Below are positions 10,816 through 18,605 of a stretch of DNA of 64,000 bases, piece after piece. Within the stretch, counting starts at the first letter, position 1. Each line of letters starts with the position of its first letter. The translations under genes and the position numbers were made by a program. The notes under the pieces were generated by a model, which saw only the letters and a program-made list of their open reading frames with translations, made no database searches and was not told the origin of the DNA. The DNA is taken from assembly GCA_041389985.1 (NCBI GenBank), contig JAWKQS010000014.1, positions 14,553 to 78,552 of the forward strand, read 5' to 3'. This DNA is from a bacterium (GTDB lineage: Bacteria; Myxococcota_A; Bradymonadia; UBA7976; UBA1532).

Positions 10816-10933
10816 CGCCGGCACCTTCTTGGCAGGATCTTGCCGACTGGGTGCCGTCATCGGCAGATCTGCCGATGGCGGCAAGACCGCCAACGCCGAT
10901 CTGCCGCATTCGGCAATCGCTCAGGGGGTCCCC

Positions 10934-11467
10934 ATGGAGCTTGACCTGCGCCAGGCGGCGGCGCTCATCGGCCGGCGCGAGCGGACGCTGCGCGACCAGC
11001 TCGTCCGGGGCGCCATTCGGGGCCGGAAGGTGGGTGGTCGCTGGGTGGTGCGCGAGGAAGACCTGCCCATCGACGAGGCGCGGCGGCAGACGCTGCGGGG
11101 CCGCGCGGACGCAGTGCGCGCGAGCGTCGAGACGGCCATCGCACGGCGCCAGCCAGCCATGACCATCGAAGACGTCGAGGTCTTCCGCCTGGGGCGCGAA
11201 GCGCTCCACCGCCTCGACGCCGGGCACGGCGAGATCGCGAGCGCGATCCGGGAGGCCTTGCTGCACATGGGCGTCGCCCACCATGAGTACGACGCGGGCC
11301 GCAAGCAGGCCGAGTGGGGGCGAGCCCGGATTCAGCTCGCCCGCGCCGTGCTCCTGCGCCTGCTCCCCGCCGCCACCGACTCCACTGCCGAGGTCGCGGA
11401 CGCCCTGGAGCGCGACGTCATCCCCCGCCTGGGTGGCCTGCTCCGCCGCACGGCGGAACGCCCATGA
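10934..11467 (+). CDS. Excisionase-family helix-turn-helix DNA-binding protein (DGR-associated)
   Basis: ATG 10934 after AGGGGG. N-terminus LRQAAALIGRRERTLRDQLVRGAIRGRKVGGRWVVREEDL matches the excisionase/MerR-like HTH pattern (...GRRWRI.REDL). The stop overlaps the next start (ATGA at 11464-11467). Confidence 0.6.
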   Translation: MELDLRQAAALIGRRERTLRDQLVRGAIRGRKVGGRWVVREEDLPIDEARRQTLRGRADAVRASVETAIARRQPAMTIEDVEVFRLGREALHRLDAGHGEIASAIREALLHMGVAHHEYDAGRKQAEWGRARIQLARAVLLRLLPAATDSTAEVADALERDVIPRLGGLLRRTAERP

Positions 11468-11800
11468 AGCAGGCACCGCTGGCCGTGTTCGCCCACGATC
11501 TGGCGGTGTGGCTGCATGGGCAGGCACAGCGCGCCTCGGTCGCCCACCAGGCGACGGGGCTGCCGGCGGCCGCCGCGGCGCAGAGTCGGACGCTCCTCAT
11601 CCAGGTGAGTCTGGCGCTCACGTTCCGCGAGGGCCGAGGCGAACACCAGCGCGGGGCGGACGAGGCCCTCGCGAGCCTACGGGTCTTGCTGCGGCTGGGA
11701 GAGGCCATCGGCTGGCTCACCCCGGCGGGCCTGCTGCACGCCGCCGCCCTCATGGATCCGGCGGGCCGCATCCTGGGCGGCTGGCGCCGGGGGCACCAGC
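11464..11800 (+). CDS. avd: Avd-like accessory variability determinant (3' end uncertain; ORF formally runs to 11991)
   Basis: Helical protein of about 110 aa. Its C-terminal segment ...LRVLLRLGEAIGWLTPAGLLHAAALMDPAGRILGGWRRG resembles the Bordetella bAvd C-terminus (...VGRILGSWIARVNRKG) of the four-helix-bundle family. Translationally coupled to the HTH gene. The tail beyond about 11800 is low-complexity and overlaps the convergent RT gene. Confidence 0.5.
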
Positions 11801-12732
11801 AGTCCCAGGTGGGCGGCGAGGCTGCGCTCGACGTCGTTGGGGGCCCCTCCCAGGGCGCTGGTGACACGCTGCCCGAGCCGGCGCCAGGCCCGCGGCAGGG
11901 GCTGCGCGCCCGCCGTCGACACCGCGTGGCCCAGCCCATGGAGCACTTCGCCGCGGTGGATGACGGGCGCGTCGGGCCGCTTGAGCCGTAGGCCACGCTC
12001 GGCCTCCAGCCAGACTCCCAGGTCGGTCCGGATCCGCCGGAGTTGCCGACGATCGTCGGAAAACATAAACAGATCATCCACATAGCGTACGTAGCCAGGG
12101 ACGCGAAGGGTGCGCTTGACCCAGGCATCGAGGCCCGAAAGGTAGACGTGGGTGGCCAGAATCTGACTGGTCAGCGCGCCGATCGGCAGGCCTCGACCCG
12201 GTGGTGGCCAGTCGGCCGGCAGGCCCATGAAGGCCCGGACGTCGGTACGGCGGTACAGGGTCGTGCCCTGGTCGAGGATGCGGCCCACCAGCGCCAGCAC
12301 GGGCGGTTCGCGCACGAAGGCGGCGAGCAACGCATGCAGACGCTCCACCTGCACGCTCGGGAAGAAGGCGCGCACGTCCAGATGCAGGGCAAAGCGATGG
12401 CGGCGCTTCAGCCTGAGCAGCGCCAGCACGGCCCGGTGGGTCCCGAAGCCGGGACGACAGGCGTGGTTCTCGGGCATCAGCCGGCGCTCGATGGCGGGCC
12501 AGAGGGCCGTCATCAAGGCCGTGTGCACGACGCGGTCCTCGATGGGCGAGCGGGCGATGACGCGGGGCTTGGGATCCCGGATGAGGAGAGGCTCGCAGGG
12601 GGCGGGCTGCCAGGTCTCAGCAGCGAGGGCGGTCGCCAGCCGGAGGGCGACCTCCTCCCGGCGAAAGAAGAGCCAGGCGCCCTCAGGGCGGTGCCGCTTG
12701 CCACGCAGCGTCCGGTCGACCGCCGCCAGCAA
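11677..12732 (-). CDS. DGR reverse transcriptase
   Basis: RT motifs: N-terminus LLAAVDRTLRGKRHRPE...LLIRDPKPRVIARSPIEDRVVHTAL. FFPSV. DGR-specific motif 4 IGALTSQ (about 12163-12183). YVDD box GYVRYVDDLFMFSDD (about 12073-12084). C-terminal ...ERSLAAHLGL thumb-like segment. The start is uncertain (TTG 12732 proposed; no in-frame ATG; ORF frame open up to 13227 through the TR). Confidence 0.8.
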   Translation of the reverse strand: MLAAVDRTLRGKRHRPEGAWLFFRREEVALRLATALAAETWQPAPCEPLLIRDPKPRVIARSPIEDRVVHTALMTALWPAIERRLMPENHACRPGFGTHRAVLALLRLKRRHRFALHLDVRAFFPSVQVERLHALLAAFVREPPVLALVGRILDQGTTLYRRTDVRAFMGLPADWPPPGRGLPIGALTSQILATHVYLSGLDAWVKRTLRVPGYVRYVDDLFMFSDDRRQLRRIRTDLGVWLEAERGLRLKRPDAPVIHRGEVLHGLGHAVSTAGAQPLPRAWRRLGQRVTSALGGAPNDVERSLAAHLGLLVPPAPAAQDAARRIHEGGGVQQARRGEPADGLSQPQQDP

Positions 12733-12887
12733 TGCCGCAGGATCCGTGATGCGCGGGAAGAGGCCGCCGACGCTACGCAGAGGTGCACCCGCGGGCGTTC
12801 GACCGGACGTGCCGTCTACCAGGACGCGGGTGCGAGGTCGGCCGGGGCCGACGGCTGGACGCCTGCTCGGGGCCACGCAGGCCGCGG

Positions 12888-13021
12888 GCTGGGGGGGCGA
12901 ACGAGGCGGAACCCGATGTTCGCGTTCCGCCTGACCGGGTCGTTGTGGTTGCGGTTCGCCGACCGCACCCTCCGCGCGTTCGTGTTCCACGACCCGCCAC
13001 GGACAACCCGGTGGTCGCCGG
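12888..13021 (-). repeat. DGR template repeat (TR)
   Basis: 134 nt with 23 adenines, including 7 AAC codons in the VR reading frame (WNTNARRVRSANRNHNDPVRRNANIGF). Matches VR1 and VR2 except at adenines. Lies immediately 5' of the RT on the same strand. Confidence 0.85.
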
Positions 13022-13185
13022 ACGGCATCCACCCTGCCCGCATGATGAGGACGGCTGACCCGGCGGCGCAAGCCCCGCGGTGCCGGGTTCGGCAGCTCCG
13101 GGTGCCGCTGGCGGCAAGAAGTGATCTGAATCTGCCGCACACGGCACCGAAACGGCAGAAACCTGCCGCGGAGTGCCGAATCTTG

Positions 13186-13250
13186 CCGCGGAGTGCCGCG
13201 CCACGGCAGATCTGCCGCCCACAACACACTTTCTAGAATCTAGACTCAAG
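13186..13250 (-). promoter_or_regulatory. Second copy of the conserved post-VR palindromic element (downstream of VR2)
   Basis: The reverse complement matches 10752-10815 with 2 mismatches. An additional CGGCAG-AAAC-CTGCCG hairpin lies at 13153-13168. Confidence 0.6.
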
Positions 13251-15959
13251 GCTCGACCAGGCTGGGGGGGCGAACGAGGCGGAACCCGATGACCGCGAAC
13301 CGCCAGACCGGGTCGTTGAGGACCCGGTCCGCCGACCGCACCCTCCGCGCGTCCGTGTCCCACGACCCGCCACGGACAACCCGGTGGTCGCCGGTGGGTG
13401 GGCCCGATGGGTCCGGGTGGACGCCCGGCGGGTAGGGGGCGTACCAGTCCCAGCACCACTCGTAGACGTTGCCGAGGACGTCGCGCAGGCCCCACGGGTT
13501 GGCCGCCTTCTGCCCCACCGGGTGCGTCCCCGAGAACTTCGCCGGCCGCTGCATCTCCGGCCAGCCCGACGAATCGTAGCCCTTCTCCACCCCGCTGTTG
13601 CCCCCGTACCACACGATGGGGAGTCCAGGGGCTGGCGCGTTGTTCTTGCCCAGAATCTCCAGTGTTCCCGCGTAGATGGCCTCCCGACGTCCCCGCACGG
13701 GCCAGCCACCCCACTCCGCCTCCGTCGGCAGGCGATAGCCGCTCGCCCCCGGCACGGGCTCTACCGAAGCGTACCGGAAGTCGCCGTCGGCCCATGCCTT
13801 GTCCGCTGGCAGACCCCCTGCCGAGCGTGCCCGACGCCTGCCCTACCCGGTGGCTGCGTCAGCCCTCCGCCTTCGACAACGCGCTCGCGAACGCCACCGC
13901 CTCGTACCAGCGCTCACCTGCCCACTGGGCAGGGTGTCGCCACACGCCCCGAAGTACGAGGGCTTCGCCTCAGCACCGCAGACCACTGGCCCTGCGACCT
14001 CCGTCTCCATCACCCACAGCGCCTGAGTCACCGTCACCTCATGCGGCACTCCTCATCGTCGTCGCGGCCCGGCCTCGCCCGCGCGCCGGCATGGCAGTGG
14101 CCCTTCTTGCCGTCCGGGCTGCCCATGCAGAACTCCCAGCGGGGACGGCGGAGTGCGGGGCGCTGGGGGTGGCGCTGGCGACCAGGGCACCCGGTGCGGG
14201 AGTGGAAGCGGTGGGGCGTCAACTGCCTGGGATGGTGGTGCCGCGTCCACGGCCAATGGCGGCCGGGCCGCATCAACGGCGAGGGATGGTGGTGCCGCGT
14301 CCATGGCCACCGGCGGCCGGGCCGCATCAACGGCGAGGGATGGTGCTGCGTCCACGGGTTCGCGCTGCTCTTCGCCGCCGGCCGAGGCGCCCACGACGAG
14401 CCCAATGCCGATTCCACGAGCAGGGCGCCTCCGACGCTCGCGCCGAGCATGACCCGGCGGCGGCGGGCGTTATGGCTGCGCTGTGCTTCCAGGCGCTCGG
14501 CGTCGGCCAGGGCCTGCCTGGCCGACGCGAGACGCTGGGCCTCCGCGCTCGCCTCGGCGCGCGCGCTTCGCACGGCGTCGCGGGCGATCTCGCTGGTGGC
14601 GCGCAGAGCGGTCGCCTCCCGACCCGCCTCGCTGATGCGCTCCTGCAGGGTCTCCAGCTCCACCGCCAGGCGGGCGGTCGCGACCGCCCGCCGTGTCGCC
14701 AGGTCTCGCTCCAGGGCCTCCACGGCAGCGGCCCGCTCAGCAGCCAGGCGGTCCCTCTGGGCCCGCTCCTCCACCTTCGCATGCTTCAGCTGTCGGTCCG
14801 CCGACGCCCGCGCCTCCGCCAAGGCGGCCTCCGCGGCCGCACGCTGGCTGGCCAGCTCGCGGGCCAGAGCATCCGTGGCAGCGGCGCGCTCCTCCGCCAG
14901 CTTCTTCCGCTGCGCGGTCTGTTCGGTCCTGGCCTGCCGGGCGATGCGCTCGGCCGCGGCTCGCGCCTCGGCGACCGACGCCTGGGCCTCTGCGAGCGCC
15001 GCCTGCTCGGTAGCCAGCCCAATCTCGACCTGGACGAAGCGGGCGTGGGCCTCGCCCAGGCCGGTGCCCAGGCGGTCGGCCAGTTCCGCCACGACGTCCA
15101 GCACTGCCCAGGTGTCTCGCGGGCGAGCGCCTGCCTCGACCGCGAGGCACTGGAGGATGAGCCGGTCCAGCGCCGCAGGACGGGCGGGGTCGGGCGGGAG
15201 CGGTGGCACCGGCTGGCGGGCGTATGCCTCGTAACCCCCTGAAAACCCTTGGGGTCGGTGGCTCCTGCCGGCGATGAGCTCGTAGAGGATGGCCCCGAGG
15301 GCATAGCGGTCCGACCAGGGACCGTCGCGGCCAAAGACCTTCGGAACGAGCTGTTCCGGCGCAGCGTAGGGCCGACTGAACCCCTTGACGCCCACCGTGG
15401 TGGCGCTGTCGCCGCGGCGCACGCCGGCCAGGCCGAAGTCGAAGACGTAGAGGTGGTCGCGGTCGTCCAGGCCCAGGTTCTCGGGCTTCAGATCGCGGTG
15501 GATGACGCCGACGTCGTGCATGTAGGCCAGCGCGTCGGCGAGCTGGGCGGCCAGCTGAATGGCCCGAGGCAGGGTCAGCAGGCGTCCCGGAGCCGCTCGC
15601 AGGACGTCCTCAAGCGTGCGCGGGACATACTCGGTAATGAGGCAGAGCCGACCCGCGACCTCTTCGGCATGGATCAGGGCGATCACATGGGCATGGGCCA
15701 GCTGCGTCAACGTCGCGCGCTCGCGGCTGAACAGCTCGTGGGCGTCGTCAGGTCGATCGAAGCCGTTGGGGTCGATGACCTTGATCGCCCGGCGGAAGTC
15801 GCCCTGGAAGCACTTCGACACCCGGGAGGCGCGCGACTTCTGGATGGACGCCCCAGCCTTCCAGCTGTCATCCAGGCCCGGGATGAGCGCCGTCGGGTGG
15901 TGGCCCTCGGTGCACCGGTCGCCGTCGGTGGGGATGAGGCAGAGCGGGCAGAGGTACAT
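13246..15959 (-). CDS. DGR target 2: Ser/Thr protein kinase, coiled-coil, FGE-sulfatase (CLec) domain; reading frame interrupted at least 3 times (likely sequencing errors)
   Basis: ATG 15959 (MYLCPLC zinc-ribbon N-terminus). Kinase motifs HRDLKPEN, DFG and APE. Coiled coil. FGE domain split over ORFs 14034..16010, 13843..14049 and 13246..13755 (HEVTVTQALWVMETEV..., RLPTEAEWGGW..., THPVGQKAANPWGLRDVLGNVYEWCWD, RVVRGGSW), ending in VR2. Confidence 0.7.
13261..13394 (-). repeat. DGR variable repeat VR2 (3' end of target 2)
   Basis: 134 nt. It differs from the TR at 11 TR-adenine positions plus one C-to-G. Confidence 0.8.
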
Positions 15960-16149
15960 CAGCCGTCCCACCCCAGCTCGAGCTCCAGGCCGCCACCTTC
16001 CAGCAGGCACGGCCCGCGGGCGGTCTGGCCGCGGGGGAGGCGGCGGCCGTCGACGCGCAGGGTGCCGGCGGCGTCCTGGCGGCCGACGGTGAGGGCGTCG
16101 CCGGTGACGTCCACGAAGAAGTGGACGCGGGCCATGCGGTGGGTGGCGC

Positions 16150-16600
16150 CGAGCAGGGGGTGGAAGCCAGCGATCGGGTCGGCGGTGTGGCGGCGGCCGA
16201 AGTGATGGCGACCAGGGGGAGCGTCAGCGTGCCGAGCCAGGCAGGCTCGTCCTCGATGGGGCGGGCGGCGTGGGCCGAGCGCCAGCGGAGGGTGGCGGCG
16301 GTCGCGGCGCGCGGGGCGCTGGGACCGGCGGGGGGGTGCTCCAGCACGGCCAGCAGCTCATCCAGGAGCGGGATCGGCGGCGTGATGACGAGGAGCCGCG
16401 CGTTGCGCAGCCAGGCCGCGAGCGCGAAGACGTCGCTGTACAACTCGTTGAGATCGCTGATGATCTGGTCACCGGGCCGGTCCTTGACGGGCAGGGCGTT
16501 GATGCGGCGCTGGTCGAGGCCGACGAGCAGCATGCGACGACGCTGGGGCTCGCAGAGATCCGTCGCGACGACGGCCGTTTGCAACGCCTGGAGCTGCTCC
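16150..16600 (-). CDS. Hypothetical protein (boundaries uncertain)
   Basis: Protein-like segment KVITREQLQALQTAVVATDL...LLVITPPIPLLDELLAVLEHP within ORF 15868..16827. Candidate GTG start about 16600. The tail is low-complexity. Confidence 0.3.
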
Positions 16601-16743
16601 CTGGTGATCACCTTGCCCTCGTGCCCACCGGTCCCGAGCGAAGATCGCCCGATTGGCGTGCGGGGGCAAGGGGGCGGCGCTGCACTTCCTCGCCTGCCCA
16701 CGAAGGTTGCGGTAGGCTCACATTCCCCGGAGGAGCGCGCGCC

Positions 16744-17697
16744 TTGACCACATCCCCTGCCCTGCCCCGTGTGCCGACGTCCGCTGATGTGGCGGCGGCG
16801 GCGGCGCGCCTGGCGCCCTGGATCCACCGCACGCCGGTGATGCGGGTGAAGGGGCCGGGGGCGCGGCCGATGGTGGTGAAGCTGGAGGGGATGCAGCGGT
16901 CGGGCAGCTTCAAGATGCGGGGGGCCCTGAACAAGCTGATGCTACTCGGGCGCGAGGCGCGGCGCGGGGTGGTGACGGCGAGCGGCGGAAACCACGGGCT
17001 GGGTGTGACGTGGGCCGGGTGGCTGCTGGGCGTGCCGGTGCATGTGTTCCTGCCCGAGAACTGCTCGCCGTGGAAGCGGGCGGCCCTGGAGGGGGCGGCG
17101 GCGCGGGTGCGGGTGGCGGGGCAGGTCTACCCCGAGGCGGAGGCGGCGGCGATGGCCTTTGCCGAGGTGGAGGGGCTGCCGTTCATCCCGGCTTACGATG
17201 ATCCCGATGTGATCGCCGGCCAGGGCACGGCCATCGCCGAGCTGGTGGAGGACGCCCCGGATGTGGGGACGATCGTCATCGCGGTGGGGGGCGGCGGGCT
17301 GGCGTCGGGGGCGGTGCTGGCGGCGGCCGGGCGCAAGGTGGTGGGCGTCGAGCCGTACGGGGCGCCCACGATGCATGCGGCGCTGCGGGCCGGCAAGCCG
17401 GTGAGATTGAACGATATTCAGTCGGTGGCGGCTGACTCCCTGGGGGCCGGGAGGGCCGGCGAGCTGACGTTCGCCATCTGTCGGCGCGGGCTGGATCGGG
17501 TGGAGCTGGTGGAGGATGACGCCATCCGTGCAGCGCAGCGCTGGCTGTGGGAACATCTGCGGCTGGTGTATGAGCCGGGAGGCTCGGCGGGGCTGGCGGC
17601 CCTGGCGACGGGGGCGCTGGACGGCGATCCGGGGCCGGTGGGCATCTTGCTCTGCGGGGCGAACACCGATCCGGCGGCCCTGGGAGGGGTGCATTGA
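16744..17697 (+). CDS. Threonine/serine dehydratase-family PLP-dependent enzyme
   Basis: TTG start with GGAGGA RBS. PLP-lysine motif SGSFKMRGA, plus GGGGL and a Gly-rich loop. Confidence 0.75.
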   Translation: MTTSPALPRVPTSADVAAAAARLAPWIHRTPVMRVKGPGARPMVVKLEGMQRSGSFKMRGALNKLMLLGREARRGVVTASGGNHGLGVTWAGWLLGVPVHVFLPENCSPWKRAALEGAAARVRVAGQVYPEAEAAAMAFAEVEGLPFIPAYDDPDVIAGQGTAIAELVEDAPDVGTIVIAVGGGGLASGAVLAAAGRKVVGVEPYGAPTMHAALRAGKPVRLNDIQSVAADSLGAGRAGELTFAICRRGLDRVELVEDDAIRAAQRWLWEHLRLVYEPGGSAGLAALATGALDGDPGPVGILLCGANTDPAALGGVH

Positions 17698-18602
17698 AGG
17701 ACGAGGATCTGACCGGGTTGCAGCGCCGCGCGGCGGCGTTCTTTCAGGACTTGCAGCGGCGCATCATCGCGGGCCTGGAGGCCTTCGATCCGACGACGCG
17801 GTTTCGGCTGGATCGCTGGGAGCGGCCCGGGGGCGGCGGCGGGGACACCTGCGTCATCGAGGGGGGGGCGCTGCTGGAGAAGGGCGGCGTGAACTTCAGC
17901 GAGGTGCACGGCGAGCTGCCGGCCGACTTCGCGGCGAAGCTGCCCGGGACGGGGACGGGGTTCTGGGCCGCCGGGGTGAGCCTGGTGCTGCACCCACAGA
18001 ACCCGTATGTGCCCACGGTGCATGCGAATTTTCGGATGATCCGGCAGGGCGACAAGGCGTGGTTCGGGGGCGGGGCGGATCTGACGCCCTACTACCCCTT
18101 CGAGGAGGACGCGCGGCACTTCCACCGCACGCTGAAGGCGGCCTGCGACGCGCACCACCCCGACTTCCACCCGCGCTTCAAGGCGCAGTGCGATGACTAC
18201 TTCTACCTGCCGCACCGGCAGGAGGCCCGGGGCCTGGGTGGCATCTTCTACGACCACCTGACGGGCGACGAGCACGGGATGGATCTGGAGCAGGTCTTCG
18301 CCTTCGCCCAGACGGCGGGCGACGCGTTCCTGCCGGCGTACGTGCCCATCGTGGAGCGGCGGCGAGGCCTGGCCTTCGGCGAGCGCGAGCGCGGCTGGCA
18401 GGCCATCCGGCGGGGGCGGTACGTCGAGTTCAACCTGATGTACGACAAGGGCACGCTCTTCGGGCTGCGCACGAGCGGGCGCATCGAGTCCATCCTCATG
18501 TCGCTGCCGCCGGTGGTGCGCTACGTCTACGACCACCAGCCCGAGGGCCCCGAGGCCGCGCTGCTCGAGGCGCTGGTGCCCCGCGACTGGGCCGCGGAGT
18601 AG
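17694..18602 (+). CDS. hemF: Oxygen-dependent coproporphyrinogen III oxidase
   Basis: Motifs GGGADLTPYYPFEEDARHFH, RRGRYVEFNLMYD and WFGGG. Start overlaps the upstream stop. Confidence 0.85.
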   Translation: MKDEDLTGLQRRAAAFFQDLQRRIIAGLEAFDPTTRFRLDRWERPGGGGGDTCVIEGGALLEKGGVNFSEVHGELPADFAAKLPGTGTGFWAAGVSLVLHPQNPYVPTVHANFRMIRQGDKAWFGGGADLTPYYPFEEDARHFHRTLKAACDAHHPDFHPRFKAQCDDYFYLPHRQEARGLGGIFYDHLTGDEHGMDLEQVFAFAQTAGDAFLPAYVPIVERRRGLAFGERERGWQAIRRGRYVEFNLMYDKGTLFGLRTSGRIESILMSLPPVVRYVYDHQPEGPEAALLEALVPRDWAAE

Positions 18603-18605
18603 CCG

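Larger units (their letters stand above)
8535..15959. mobile_element. Diversity-generating retroelement (DGR) locus. Gene order: target1(+), HTH(+), avd(+), RT(-), TR(-), target2(-)
   Basis: TR/VR adenine-specific mismatch pattern, DGR-type RT motifs, an Avd-like gene, and two paralogous kinase-CLec targets (see the individual features). Confidence 0.85.

Noticed and set aside
9941-11467. 508-aa ORF spanning the end of target 1 into the HTH gene
   Set aside because: Only the last 178 codons (from ATG 10934) are protein-like. Upstream it is the kinase and VR region read out of frame.
10934-13250. Prophage or integrative element inferred from the excisionase-family HTH
   Set aside because: No integrase, att-like direct repeats, tRNA or phage structural genes are present in the window. 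The HTH gene sits inside the DGR cassette and is better read as a DGR-associated regulator.
14034-14049. Stop codon ending kinase 2 before its FGE domain (two separate genes)
   Set aside because: The FGE domain continues in the +1 frame from the very next codons with clear homology to target 1. In a sequence with pervasive homopolymer errors a frameshift is far more likely than a split gene.
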